Notes: generated by a model from the sequence alone, not told the origin. 64,000 bases of DNA from an uncultured Actinomycetota bacterium (GCA_963770955.1 CAVYRK010000011.1:906745-970744); one strand, 5' to 3'. Numbered from the stretch's first letter, positions 51,588 to 63,735 are shown. Made by a program: numbers and translations.

Positions 51588-53315
51588 TCAGGCCCGGCCC
51601 TTCTTCAGAAAACGCCGAAGCCTCGATAGCGGCCACGCGTTGATCACGTCGTCCTTCGTCACCCATCCGCGCTGCGCCGTCCCGATGCCGTACTTCAGGT
51701 GCTCGAGGTGGACGGTCGAGTGCGAGTCCGTGTCGATCGAGAACTTCACGCCGTGGCGCTTCGCCCACATCACGTGCTCGTCGCGCAGGTCGAGGCGATC
51801 GGGATACGCATTGATCTCGAGTGCCGTTCCGGTGCGGGCGGCGGCGGCGAACACCTCGTCGAGGTCGTACTCGATCGGCGCCCGCTGGCCGATCTTCCGC
51901 GCGGTCGGGTGGCCGATGATGTTCACGTACGGGTTCTCGCACGCCCTCACGATCCGGCGAGTCATCTCGTCCTTCGACTGGTTGAACATGCGAGTGGACG
52001 GAGGCCACGCGAGACGTCGAACCCCGACAGGAACTCCGGCGCCCCAGTCCACGCCGCCGTCGGCGTCGATGTTCAGCTCGGTGCCGTGCAGGAGCGTCAT
52101 CTTCGTGCCGGCGGCGATCTTCGCCAGCTGCTTGCGCTGGGCGAGCATCTTGGCGTCGGTCATCCGCTGCATGTACAGGTTCGGGCGCGTGGTCGGTGAC
52201 CGCGTAGTACGCGTACTTCCGGGCCGCGGCCGTGTCGATCATCTGCTCGAGTGTCGCCAGGCCGTCGGTCAGGTTCGTGTGCGTGTGCAGGTCGCCGCGG
52301 AGGTCCTTCAGCTGGATGAGATCGGGAAGCTCCGTGCGCGAGCGCGGCCTCGACCTCGCCACGGTCCTCGCGGAGCGTCGGCGGGATCCACTGCATCCCG
52401 AGCCGCTCGTAGACCTCCTCCTCGGTCTCCGCGACCAGCAGCTCGTCGCCGTCGACGCGGAACAGTCCGTACTCCGACAGCTTCAGCTTCTTCCGCACGG
52501 CGATCTCGCGGATGCGGATGTTGTGCGCCTTCGAGCCCGTGAAGTAATGCAGAGCGGCGCCCCAGGCCCCCGGCGGCACGACACGCAGGTCGACCTGCAG
52601 CCCGCGGCTGGTGCGCACCGACGTCTTCGTCTCGCCGCTGCCGATCACCTCGGCCACCAGCGGGAGCCCGACGAACGCCTCCATGATCGGGGCCGACGTC
52701 TCGGATGCCACCAGGATGTCGACGTCCCCGATGGTCTCCGCCATGCGACGGAGCGACCCCGCGTACTCGATGCGCCGGACGCCCTTCACGTCGCGCAGCG
52801 CGGCCACGATCTCGTCCGCGAGCTCCAGCGGCCACCGAGATCAGCACCCGGTCGCCGGACTGCTGCAGGAGGTCGATGCCGTGCAGGATGTTCTCCTCGG
52901 TCTTCGCGCCGAAGCCTTTCATGCCCTTCAGGCGGCCGGCCTTGATCGCGTCCGCAAGGTCGGGTACGGACGCGATGCCGAGCTCCTGGTACAGCACCCA
53001 GGCCTTCTTCGGACCGAGCCCGGAGATCGACATCATCTCGAGCACTCCGGGTGGGATCTTTGCCCGGAGGTCCTCCACCGCCTGGATTGAGCCGGTCTCC
53101 AGGAACTCCTGGACCTTCTCGGCAATCGACTTCCCCACGTTTGGTATGCCCTGTAGACCTTTGAGGTCCATGCCCGAGATGTCGTCGTGGTAGCCCCCGA
53201 TCGACCGGGCGGCCTTCTCGTACGACCGGGACCGGAATGGGTCCCCGCCGGAGATGGCTCGGAGATCGGCGTACTCCTGGAGGAGCGCCTCCACGCGCTC
53301 GTTGGCTCGCGGCAT
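51588..53315 (-). pseudogene. polX: DNA polymerase X family protein with C-terminal PHP domain, six frameshifts as assembled
   Basis: N-terminal HhH/PolX region (RSRSYEKAARSI..IPNVGKSIAEKVQEFL..ISGLGPKKA), a palm region (IGDVDILV..VDLRVV..HYFTGSKAHNI) and a PHP domain (LRGDLHTHTNLTDG..VASVHS..IIGHPT). Junctions lie near 52830, 52341, 52184, 52037, 52012 and 51990. Confidence 0.85.
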
Positions 53316-53443
53316 GGCCCCGATTTTAGGGACATCGGCCGATGTACCTAGCCTCCGGCCGAGGGCACAATCCACTGGCCGCCCCCTGGGCGGGGAACCC
53401 CCCGGGGGCCGATACCTGGAGGACGAGTGGAAAAGAGGCATCC

Positions 53444-53821
53444 GTGCGAGTGCTGAGACCAGCCGACTCCCCCGGCCCCGCGGTCCCGGACGGCCAGCTC
53501 CCGGACCCCGGCGACCCCTTCTCGCCCGCCCCCGAACCCGATGCCTGCCCGCCCCTCGTCCTGGTGCGCTGGCGCGACGCCTGGTTCGACCCCGAGCAGC
53601 TCGGCTCGGAGGACTGGCGCTCCGACTATCCCGTTCAGACGGTCGGCTTCCTCGTCCGCAACGACAGCACGATCGTCTCGGTCGCCCAGGAGATCCTGCC
53701 CGACGGCGACGGCTACCGGGCCGTGACCCACATCCCCGCCGCCATCGTCACCAGCATCACGATGCTGTCCGAGGGCCGGCAGGCCGGTTCGAACGGATCA
53801 GGACTGATCGCGGGGGTCTGA
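53444..53821 (+). CDS. Hypothetical protein
   Basis: Protein-like C-terminal half (LVLVRWRDAWFDPEQLGSEDWRSDYPVQTVGFLVRNDSTIVSVAQEILPDGDGYRAVTHIPAAIV). No family recognised and the start is uncertain. Confidence 0.45.
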   Translation: MRVLRPADSPGPAVPDGQLPDPGDPFSPAPEPDACPPLVLVRWRDAWFDPEQLGSEDWRSDYPVQTVGFLVRNDSTIVSVAQEILPDGDGYRAVTHIPAAIVTSITMLSEGRQAGSNGSGLIAGV

Positions 53822-53829
53822 CCGGCCGC

Positions 53830-54764
<935 letters not shown>

Positions 54765-54788
54765 TGATGGGGATCGTACCCCGAGAGG

Positions 54789-57167
54789 TCAGCCCGCCCG
54801 CAACTCGCCCCCGGTGCGCTCCCCCACCAGGGCCGCGATCCGGGCAACGACGCCGTCGACCTCCTCGTTCTCCAGGGTGCGATCGGCCGCCCGGAACTCC
54901 ACGGAGAAGGCCAGGTTCTTCTTGCCCTCCGGTAGCGGGGAGCCAGAGAACGCGTCGAACAGCTCCACCGCGAACAGCAGGTCGCCGCCCCCGGCGCGGA
55001 CGGCGTCGGCCACCGATCCGGCGGGGACCGACGCGTCCACCAGGAAGGCCAGATCGCGTCGCACCGGCGGGAACCGCGGCACGTCGGCCACCGACACCTC
55101 CCGTGACGACCCACCAGACAGGGCGGCCACGTCGAGCTCCAGGATGCCCGCGCGCCCGGGGAGGTCGAAGCCGGCCGCGGCACGCGGGTGGACCTCGCCG
55201 ACGATGCCCGCCGGCGAGCCGGCGATGAACACGGTCGCCGACCGGCCGGGATGCAGGGGCCAACCCGGCGGATCGCCCAGGGTCCATGCCGTCACGCCGA
55301 GGTTCGCCAGGACGGCCTCCAGCACCCCTTTCGCGTCGAAGAAGTCGCCGTCGTGTCGCTCGCCCGGATGGCCGGACCCCATCGGACCGGTCAGCGCCGC
55401 CGTCAGGCGTTCACCCTCCGCCACGCCGTCCGCGCCCAGCGCGAACACGTGGCCGACCTCGAACAGGGCCGCCGAGCGGACCTGCCGCGCGACGTTCAGC
55501 CGCAGGGCCCGCAGCAGCCCCGGCACCAGGCTCGTCCGCAGGAAGGCGCGCTCGGCATCGATCGGATTGGCGACCGCGACGGGCGGAGCGCCCCCCATCA
55601 GCTCGATCTCGGCCCGGGAGGCGAACGACAGCGAGCTGGTCTCCCGGAGCCCGGCTCGGACCATCGCCTCGCGCAACCGACGGCGAAATGCGGAGGAGTC
55701 GGCCAGGCCCCCGGCCTGCGAGATCCCCGGCACCGTCGACCGAAGGGTGTCGTACCCGCGGAGGCGGGCCACCTCCTCGATCAGGTCCTCCTCGATCTCG
55801 AGGTCGACCCGGTAGCCCGGCACCTCGACGCCGACCGAGTCGTCCCCGGAGACCGTCGCCTCAATGCCGAGACGGCCGAAGGCGTCGCGTACGTCCCCGG
55901 CGGCGAGGCTCGTCGCCAGCAGGAACCCGGCCCGGGACGGGCGCACCGAGACGTGACGGCGCGGCGCGGCTCCCCCGGCGTCGACCGCACCCGCGAGCAC
56001 GCGGCCCCCGGCCCAGCCGGCGATCAGCGCGGACGCGTATTCGGCGGCAGGACCGGGAAGCTCCGGATCGACACCGCGCTCGAAGCGGCTGGACGCCTCG
56101 GTCGAGACCCCGAGCCGGCGCGTCGTGAACAGGACGCCCTTGCGCTCGAAATGCGCGGCCTCCAGCAGCACGTCGGTCGTTTCCTCGGACACCTCCACTC
56201 GCGCCAGGCCGATCACCCCGGCGATGGCCACGGCCTGCGCCCTGTCGGCGATGACCAGATCCTGGGCGGACAGGATCCGCTCGACGTCGTCGAGGGTGGT
56301 CATCCGCTCGCCGTCGGTCGCCCGACGGACGACGATGCCGTGGCCCTCCAGCAGGTCGAGGTCGAACGCGTGCAGCGGCTGGCCCCGTTCGAGCATCGCG
56401 TAGTTGGTCGCGTCGACCACGTTCGAGATCGGGCGCATGCCGGCCGCCGTCAGCCGCGCCTGCACCTCGGGGGCCGATGGCGCCACGCGCACGCCCCGGA
56501 TGACGCGAGCCACGTACCAGGGACACCGCTCCGGATCGAGCACCTCCACGGTCGCGCATGACGACGCACGTTCCTCGTCCTCCTCGACGGCCGGCGCGAC
56601 AACGGTCAGCGGGACGCCGGTGGCGGCCGAGGCCTCCCGCGCGACGCCGCGAACCGACATCAGGTCGGGACGGTTCGGCTCGATCTCGATGTCCAAGACG
56701 TCGTCGTCCAGCCCGAGCAGGGCGGCGACGTCGCGACCGGGCTTCAGGTCCTTCGACAGGATCAGGATGCCGCCGTGGTCCCCAGAGATCGCCAGCTCGT
56801 GTGGAGAGCAGATCATCCCCTGCGACTCCTCGCCGCCCATCCGCCGGACCGAGAGCGGCTCGGGCAGGACGGGAACGCGCGATCCGGGCGGCGCGTACGG
56901 GACGCGATCGCCCACTTCCCAGTTCGCCACTCCCGCGGCCACTCGCGCTTCTCCGGAGCCGGTGCCCAGACGGGCCAGCGTCAGGTGGTCGGAGTTCGGG
57001 TGGGGCCGCTTCTCCAGCACCTCGGCGACGATCACGCCGGAGAGCCCATCCCAGGGGCGGAGCACGCCCTCGACGTGCACGCCCTGCTGGCTGAGGCGGT
57101 CGGCCAGCTCGCCGACCTCCATGTCGGTCGGGCAGTGCTCGCGGAGCCAGCGCAGCGGAATCCTCAT
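54789..57167 (-). CDS. pheT: Phenylalanyl-tRNA synthetase beta subunit
   Basis: MRIPLRWLREHCPT... It is collinear with PheT over 792 aa (tRNA-binding, B3/4, B5 and FDX-ACB domains), intact, and overlaps pheS as ATGA. Confidence 0.92.
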   Translation of the reverse strand: MRIPLRWLREHCPTDMEVGELADRLSQQGVHVEGVLRPWDGLSGVIVAEVLEKRPHPNSDHLTLARLGTGSGEARVAAGVANWEVGDRVPYAPPGSRVPVLPEPLSVRRMGGEESQGMICSPHELAISGDHGGILILSKDLKPGRDVAALLGLDDDVLDIEIEPNRPDLMSVRGVAREASAATGVPLTVVAPAVEEDEERASSCATVEVLDPERCPWYVARVIRGVRVAPSAPEVQARLTAAGMRPISNVVDATNYAMLERGQPLHAFDLDLLEGHGIVVRRATDGERMTTLDDVERILSAQDLVIADRAQAVAIAGVIGLARVEVSEETTDVLLEAAHFERKGVLFTTRRLGVSTEASSRFERGVDPELPGPAAEYASALIAGWAGGRVLAGAVDAGGAAPRRHVSVRPSRAGFLLATSLAAGDVRDAFGRLGIEATVSGDDSVGVEVPGYRVDLEIEEDLIEEVARLRGYDTLRSTVPGISQAGGLADSSAFRRRLREAMVRAGLRETSSLSFASRAEIELMGGAPPVAVANPIDAERAFLRTSLVPGLLRALRLNVARQVRSAALFEVGHVFALGADGVAEGERLTAALTGPMGSGHPGERHDGDFFDAKGVLEAVLANLGVTAWTLGDPPGWPLHPGRSATVFIAGSPAGIVGEVHPRAAAGFDLPGRAGILELDVAALSGGSSREVSVADVPRFPPVRRDLAFLVDASVPAGSVADAVRAGGGDLLFAVELFDAFSGSPLPEGKKNLAFSVEFRAADRTLENEEVDGVVARIAALVGERTGGELRAG

Positions 57168-58219
57168 CCCGCTCCTTCGAAGCGCTCCAGGAACCGGACG
57201 TCGCCGTCGAACAGCATGCGGATGTCGGGGACCCCGAACCGGATCATGGTCAGCCGGTCGTAGCCCCCGCCGAAGGCGAAGCCCGTGTACCGCTCGGGGT
57301 CGTAGCCGACGCCCCGCAGGACGTTGGGATGGACCATGCCGGCGCCCATCACCTCGATCCATCCGTTCCCGCAGACACGGCAGCCGACGCCGCCGCAGAC
57401 GAAGCACGACACCTCGACCTGCGCGCCCGGTTCGACGAACGGGAAGAACGACGGCGTGAAGCGCAGCCGGACGTCGTCGCCGAGCAGCGCCCGGTAGAAC
57501 GTCTCGAGCGTCCCCTTCAGGTCGGCGAAGGTGATCCCCTCGTCCACGGCGAGTCCCTCGACCTGGTGGAACACCGGCATGTGCGTCGCGTCGATCTCGT
57601 CGCGACGGAAGACGCGGCCGGGCGCGATGACGTACACGGGCGGCGGCTGCTTCTCCATCGTCCGGATCTGCATCGCGGACGTCTCGGTCCGCAGCAGCAG
57701 GTCGGGATGACCCGGGACGTCGACGTAGATCGAGTCGCTCACGCGGCGGGCCGGATGCTCCGGCGGGATGTTGAGCGCGTCGAAGTTGTAGTGCTCGGTC
57801 TCCACCTCGGGGCCCTCGACCACGCGGTAGCCCATGCGCGTGAAGATGTCGACGATCTCGTACTCGACGATCGTGAGCGGGTGGAGCGAGCCGGGGCGCG
57901 GCCGCCGCCCCGGCAGGGTCACGTCGACAGCATCGGACTCCAGCAGCGCGTCCTCGCGCTCCGCCTCCAGAGCGGCACGCCGCTCGTCGAGCGCCGCGCG
58001 GAGGGCGTCGCGGACCTCGTTCGTCCTACGCCCGACGTCACGACGGTCCTCGGGGGGCATCGACCCGAGCGCCCGCTGGACCTCCTGGAACCGCGACCGG
58101 CGGCCCAGCACCGACGTCTCCGCCGCTTCCAGGGCAGCCAGGTCCTCGGCCCCGGCGAATGCGGCGGTCCCCCTCGTGCTCTCTTCTTCCAGGATGCCCA
58201 GCGCCTGCACGGCGTCCAT
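57164..58219 (-). CDS. pheS: Phenylalanyl-tRNA synthetase alpha subunit
   Basis: Class II core: HPLTIV..FRRDEIDATHMPVFHQVEGL..FPFVEPGAQVEV..GAGMVHPNVL. Confidence 0.92.
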   Translation of the reverse strand: MDAVQALGILEEESTRGTAAFAGAEDLAALEAAETSVLGRRSRFQEVQRALGSMPPEDRRDVGRRTNEVRDALRAALDERRAALEAEREDALLESDAVDVTLPGRRPRPGSLHPLTIVEYEIVDIFTRMGYRVVEGPEVETEHYNFDALNIPPEHPARRVSDSIYVDVPGHPDLLLRTETSAMQIRTMEKQPPPVYVIAPGRVFRRDEIDATHMPVFHQVEGLAVDEGITFADLKGTLETFYRALLGDDVRLRFTPSFFPFVEPGAQVEVSCFVCGGVGCRVCGNGWIEVMGAGMVHPNVLRGVGYDPERYTGFAFGGGYDRLTMIRFGVPDIRMLFDGDVRFLERFEGAG

Positions 58220-58306
58220 CCGTGTCCCCTCGATGCGAAGAGCGCGGCCCGGCCGCGCGGATCGCCCATTGTAGGGCGGTGCGGAGCGCCTTCCGAGCGG
58301 TGCCGC

Positions 58307-59335
58307 TCAGTCCTGGCGGAGCACCTGTCCGGTGGCGGGGTCGATCGCCACCCGGATCGCGGGCAGCGGCGAGGGGGCGGGGCCGGCCACGACCGCCGCA
58401 CGCTGCTTCGGATCGAACTGGGCGCCGTGGCAGGGACAAACCATCAGCTCGCTCGCCTGGTCGTAGCCGACCAGACATCCGGCATGGGTGCAGACCCGGC
58501 TGAACGCAGCCACGTCCGACGAGGCGGTTCGCACCAGGATCGCAGGACCGGCGTTCGGGTCCTGGAAGCCGACCGCGCCACCGACGGGAATGCGGTCCAG
58601 GGTGGCGATGGGCGTGCCCGCAGGCGGATGCTGCCGGGACCGGTGTGCGTGCCGTGACGGTGGCGTCGTCGCGGTTCCGCCCGAGCCCGGCAGGGATTCC
58701 GAGGCCGTCACCGGACGGGTGCCGGCGGCGGTCCTTGCGACGGCGCCGATCAGGAGGGCACCGACGCCGACGGCAGCTCCCCGCAGGAAGCTGCGCCGGC
58801 CCTCGTCGGGGACGTGACCCGAGCCCCCGGCTCGCCGGCGGCCGGCCCGGCTCACGGTCGGTTGCCGCTCGGGCAGGGCCACCCCCGCCAGGTACGCGCC
58901 CCAGGCGACCGCATAGATGGAGTCGGAGCCGAGGAAGTAGGGATGGACGTGCCACGTGGCGGACAGCCACAGCACGACGTTGAGGACCAGCCCGGTCGCG
59001 GCCGCCGCGACGGGCGCCACGCCGAACAACGTGGCCAGGCCGATGGCGATCTCGAGGAGCGCGACGGAGACGCCGACCAGGATCGGGGCGTGACCGAGGG
59101 CGTTCAGCAACGGCCTGAGGGGGCTCGTCTGGGCGAACTCCCGCAGCTGTGTCTGGATGGAGCCGGGATCTGCGGCACGCAGGAAGGTCGGATCGGCGAA
59201 CTTCTGCACGCCCGCGTAGAGGAAGGTGCCCCCCAGGAAGGCGCGAAGGATGCGGAGCGTCGGCGACTGCCGGCGCCAGTCCGCGCCGAGGCCGGCCAGC
59301 GGCGAGGCGTCGGCACGACCGTACGCACGGGACAT
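58307..59335 (-). CDS. Membrane-anchored Rieske [2Fe-2S] protein: DoxX-like 4-TM N-domain, internal twin-arginine motif and Rieske C-domain
   Basis: The N-terminal 150 aa or so are polytopic. The mid-protein motif EGRRSFLRGAAVGVGALLIGAV matches the Tat consensus. The C-terminal Rieske boxes are CTHAGC and CPCHGAQF. Confidence 0.8.
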   Translation of the reverse strand: MSRAYGRADASPLAGLGADWRRQSPTLRILRAFLGGTFLYAGVQKFADPTFLRAADPGSIQTQLREFAQTSPLRPLLNALGHAPILVGVSVALLEIAIGLATLFGVAPVAAAATGLVLNVVLWLSATWHVHPYFLGSDSIYAVAWGAYLAGVALPERQPTVSRAGRRRAGGSGHVPDEGRRSFLRGAAVGVGALLIGAVARTAAGTRPVTASESLPGSGGTATTPPSRHAHRSRQHPPAGTPIATLDRIPVGGAVGFQDPNAGPAILVRTASSDVAAFSRVCTHAGCLVGYDQASELMVCPCHGAQFDPKQRAAVVAGPAPSPLPAIRVAIDPATGQVLRQD

Positions 59336-59411
59336 GGCGCCCAGTATCGGGTGCGGACGTTAAAGGATTGGTTCGAAGAACGATGAGGAGTCGTGGAGAA
59401 GATGCGGCGCG

Positions 59412-60146
59412 TTAGCGACGGCGGGCCAGGGCGGCGGCGTGGGCCGCGGCCTCCAGGCGATCGTCGAGCGGGTCCAGCCGCCCATCCATCAGCCGCCCCG
59501 ACAGCGCCATGGTGAGGATTGCGTCGGCGAGCCCGGGGTTCACCGGCAGGACCGGACCGTGCAGGTACGAGCCGATCACTCGATCCTGCACCGCCCCCTC
59601 CGTTCCGTCGACCCCGTTGTTCCCCTGTCCCCTCGGGACCGTCGCGAGCGGCGTGGCCGCTGGCCCCAGCGTCGTGCGGCCGCCGTGGTTCTCGAACCCG
59701 ATCAGGTCGAACGCGGCGCCGCCGAGCGATCCGTGCGCCCGCACGTTCCCGATGATGCGGTCCGACCCGGCCACGGTTTCCACGTCGAGCAGGCCCAGCC
59801 CCTCGATGGGCACACCGTTCGCGTCGACGTACCGCCGGCCCAGGAGCTGGTAGCCGCCGCACACGCCGACGACGGCGGCGCCGCGGGCCGCGGCGTCCGC
59901 CAGCTCCGACGCGCGCGACCGGAGGTCCGCGCCGATGATCTCCTGCACGCGGTCGGTCCCCCCGCCCATGAACACCACGTCGGCGTCGGACGGCACGCGG
60001 TCGCCCCGGGTCACGGCGTCGACGCGGACGGAGAATCCCCGCCACTCCGCCCGACGGGCGAGCGCGAGGACGTTGCCTCGGTCGCCGTACGTGCGCAGCA
60101 GGTCCGGATAGAGGTGCGCGACGACGACCGGCCCGGGATCCGTCAC
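59412..60146 (-). CDS. gatD: Lipid II isoglutaminyl synthase glutaminase subunit GatD (CobQ-type amidotransferase)
   Basis: Contains GVCGGYQLLG (Cys nucleophile) and IGFENHGG. The GTG at 60146 overlaps the murT stop as GTGA. Confidence 0.85.
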   Translation of the reverse strand: MTDPGPVVVAHLYPDLLRTYGDRGNVLALARRAEWRGFSVRVDAVTRGDRVPSDADVVFMGGGTDRVQEIIGADLRSRASELADAAARGAAVVGVCGGYQLLGRRYVDANGVPIEGLGLLDVETVAGSDRIIGNVRAHGSLGGAAFDLIGFENHGGRTTLGPAATPLATVPRGQGNNGVDGTEGAVQDRVIGSYLHGPVLPVNPGLADAILTMALSGRLMDGRLDPLDDRLEAAAHAAALARRR

Positions 60147-61522
60147 GGCGCGTCCTCCAGCCGGTCCCGGCGGCTGCGGGTGAGCGCCCGCCGGACGTCG
60201 AGCATTGCTGTGTACGTGGCGAGCACCGCCACTCCCCGGCCGTCGCCCGCGGCGGCGACGGCGGCGCGCAGCGCCGCTCGCGGTTCCGGCTCGGCAGGCA
60301 CGGACTCGACGCCGGCATAGCGCAGGCGAACGGCGACGTCCGCCGCTCGTCTGCCGCTGGGGACGACGGGAAGCCGCGCGTCGCTCAGGCGCTCGAAGTC
60401 GGCGTCCCAGATCCACGAGATGTCGCGGCCGTCGGCGATCTGGTCGCTGACGGCCACCACGGCCGCACCGATGCGAGGGTCCTCCACCACCTCACGGATC
60501 ACCACGCCGGCGCCGGCGGGATTCTTCATCAGCAGCAGCCACCCCTGGTGCCCGTCGAACGAGAACTCCTCCGACCGGCCGAAGCGAGGCCGGAACGCGG
60601 AGAGCGCCCTTGCCGACGACGCGATCCGAATGCCGAGCGCGTCCGCGGCGGCGACGGCGGCCGCGGCGTTGTACGCGTTGTGCACGCCGCCGAGGGCGAG
60701 ATCGATCTTCTGCCCCCTGATCTCCAGGCTCAGGCCCGCCAGACCGCGCGACTCGAGGATGCGGGCCTCGAACTCCGGAGTGACCGAAGCCCACGAGCAC
60801 GAGGGGCAGCGCGCCCTCCCGAGGTGGGCGATCGTGCGTCCCGTGTACTCGAGCGGCGCCCCGCACCGCGGGCAGGCCTCCGGCTCGGCGTCTGCCCCCG
60901 ATGCCTCCGCCCCCGGGATCGGCTCGACGCCGAACCCCGCGCCGTCGTGCTCGCGGGCGCGGTGCCACAGCATGGGGTCGTCGGCGTTCGCCACGACGTG
61001 CGCTCCGGGCGGAAGCGCGCGCATCGCCGCCGCCAGGTGTGCCGCGATCGTCTCGGTCTCACCGTAGCGGTCGAGCTGGTCGCGGAAGACGTTGGTGAGG
61101 ACCAGGATCTTCGGACGCAGCTCGGGCGTCAGTGCCGGCAGCGCGGCCTCGTCCACCTCGAAGATGCCCAGGCGAGCCGACGCCGGCGTCTCTATCAGCG
61201 CGCTGAGTATCCCCCGTCGAAGATTGGAACCGCTCTCGTTGCCGGCCGTCTCGATCCCCGCGGCGCGAGCGACCGATCGCAGCATGGACGCGGTCGTCGT
61301 CTTCCCGTTCGTGCCGGAGACTACGACCACGCCGTCCGCGAGTGCACGGACGCGCCTCTCGAGGTATCCGGGGCTCAGCCGGTCGAGCACCGTGCCCGGC
61401 AGCGCCGTGCCGCCGCCCGCGCCCGTCAGGCGCAGGCCCAGTCCCAGCGTCCGCGCGACTCCGCGAGCCGCGCGATCACGGGCCGTTGCCCGAACCGAGC
61501 GCCCCTCTCGGCTCTCGTCCAT
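60143..61522 (-). CDS. murT: Lipid II isoglutaminyl synthase MurT (Mur ligase family with DUF1727)
   Basis: Contains VSGTNGKTTT, the Cys4 ribbon CPRCGAPLEY..CPSC and a DUF1727-like C-terminal domain. Intact at 459 aa. Confidence 0.88.
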   Translation of the reverse strand: MDESREGRSVRATARDRAARGVARTLGLGLRLTGAGGGTALPGTVLDRLSPGYLERRVRALADGVVVVSGTNGKTTTASMLRSVARAAGIETAGNESGSNLRRGILSALIETPASARLGIFEVDEAALPALTPELRPKILVLTNVFRDQLDRYGETETIAAHLAAAMRALPPGAHVVANADDPMLWHRAREHDGAGFGVEPIPGAEASGADAEPEACPRCGAPLEYTGRTIAHLGRARCPSCSWASVTPEFEARILESRGLAGLSLEIRGQKIDLALGGVHNAYNAAAAVAAADALGIRIASSARALSAFRPRFGRSEEFSFDGHQGWLLLMKNPAGAGVVIREVVEDPRIGAAVVAVSDQIADGRDISWIWDADFERLSDARLPVVPSGRRAADVAVRLRYAGVESVPAEPEPRAALRAAVAAAGDGRGVAVLATYTAMLDVRRALTRSRRDRLEDAP

Positions 61523-61534
61523 GCGGCCACGACT

Positions 61535-62338
61535 CTAGTGGACCCGCATCGCGGGAGGGAGCCCCCGGCGGCGGCGCGCCGCCTCGAAGAGGATCACCGC
61601 CGCCGCTGCGGCCAGGTTGAGCGACTCGGCGCCCTCACGCATCGGGATGCGGACCACCATGTCCGATCGCTCGCGGATCGCGCCGTCGAGCCCGTGCGCC
61701 TCGTTACCGAACAGGACGGCGACCGGTCCGGCGAGCGACGCCCCCACGGCGTCGTCATAGAGCTCACGATTCCCGTCGGCCGCCGCCGCCAGGAGGGTCG
61801 CGCCCCGGGCCCGGAGGGTCGCCATCGCCGCGCCGGGTTCCACCTCGCGCGCGAACGGCACGTGGAAGAGCGCGCCCGCGGAGGCGCGCGCAGCCTTCTC
61901 GTTGTAGACGTCCACGGATCGCGCCGACACGATCACGCCGCCGCACCCGGCCGCGTGGGCCGTGCGCAGGATGGTGCCGGCGTTGCCCGGGTCGCGGACC
62001 TCCACCAGCACGACGACCGGTCCGCCCGCGGGATCGAGCGCTTCATGCGGGACGTCCACGAAGCGACACACCGCCACGGGCCCCTGGGGGCTGACCGTGC
62101 CCGCCAGGCGGCGCATCACGGCCGGGGCAACGACGTGTTCCTCTGGCGCAGCGCCACCCCCGCGCGGGGGAGCCGGACCGTCGGGCGTGACGAAGAGCGC
62201 TTCGACGGCGCCGGACCGCACGGCTTCCGCGACGGGTGCAGGCCCCTCGACGAGGAAGCGTTGCGCACGCTCACGGCGGCTGCGCGCGCGCAACGCGAGA
62301 GCGGCGGCGACCGTGGTGTTGCGGGGAGAGGTGATCAC
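61535..62338 (-). CDS. TrmH/SpoU-family RNA 2'-O-methyltransferase
   Basis: SpoU motifs: VRDPGNAGTILRTA, LLFGNEAHGL and IPM.GAESLNLAAAAAV. Confidence 0.85.
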   Translation of the reverse strand: MITSPRNTTVAAALALRARSRRERAQRFLVEGPAPVAEAVRSGAVEALFVTPDGPAPPRGGGAAPEEHVVAPAVMRRLAGTVSPQGPVAVCRFVDVPHEALDPAGGPVVVLVEVRDPGNAGTILRTAHAAGCGGVIVSARSVDVYNEKAARASAGALFHVPFAREVEPGAAMATLRARGATLLAAAADGNRELYDDAVGASLAGPVAVLFGNEAHGLDGAIRERSDMVVRIPMREGAESLNLAAAAAVILFEAARRRRGLPPAMRVH

Positions 62339-62368
62339 GCGGCCCCCGCGGGCTGCCGACGTGACCGG

Positions 62369-62779
62369 CTAGTCCGCGGCCTGGGCGGCGGCGGGCGCAC
62401 GCGTACGTTTCGGCTTGGCCTCGGCGTTCGTTGCGCCCTTCGACACCTCGACCAGCGACGCGAACGCGGCCGGATCGTGCACGGCCATGTCGGCGAGCAC
62501 CTTGCGGTCGAGCTCGACGCCGGCGACGGTCAGGCCGTGGATGAAAGCCGAGTACGTCGTCCCGTTGATCCGCGCCGCCGCGCCGATGCGCGTGATCCAC
62601 AGACGGCGGAACTGGCCCTTGCGGTCGCGTCGGTCCCGGTAGGCGTAGTTCAGGGAGTGGGCGAGCTGTTCCTTGGCCGCGCGGTAGCGGCGGGATCGCG
62701 CGCCGTAGTACCCCGAGGTCTGCTGCAGGACCTCGCGGCGCTTCTTTCGCCCGTGAACGCTCCGCTTCACCCGTGCCAC
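62369..62779 (-). CDS. rplT: 50S ribosomal protein L20
   Basis: [38 protein letters not shown].. Confidence 0.95.
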   Translation of the reverse strand: MARVKRSVHGRKKRREVLQQTSGYYGARSRRYRAAKEQLAHSLNYAYRDRRDRKGQFRRLWITRIGAAARINGTTYSAFIHGLTVAGVELDRKVLADMAVHDPAAFASLVEVSKGATNAEAKPKRTRAPAAAQAAD

Positions 62780-62810
62780 TGTGTGCTCCCGTCGCTCGTC
62801 GGTTCGCCCG

Positions 62811-63002
62811 TCACTGCCCGAGCAGGCGCTTGACGGTCTGGGCCTCCGGCCCGACCTCTTCCATGCCGGAGATGCGCCGCTTGCGGCTGCCCGACTTCTT
62901 CACCAGGAAGTGGTTCCCGGTCGCCTTGCGGCGCATGACTTTGCCGGTCCCGGTGACCCGGAACCGCTTGGCCGCTCCGCGGTGCGTCTTCATCTTCGGC
63001 AC
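62811..63002 (-). CDS. rpmI: 50S ribosomal protein L35
   Basis: [33 protein letters not shown].. Confidence 0.95.
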   Translation of the reverse strand: MPKMKTHRGAAKRFRVTGTGKVMRRKATGNHFLVKKSGSRKRRISGMEEVGPEAQTVKRLLGQ

Positions 63003-63028
63003 GATTCAGCCCCTCGTCCTTCTCACGC

Positions 63029-63643
<615 letters not shown>

Positions 63644-63735
63644 CCGGCATCACCTCGTGAAGCCAGGGGGAGCCAGAGCCGGGGAGTGGGCGTTCAAGGC
63701 TGGCAGGAGCGTACAGACCACGTCACAGGGCATCG

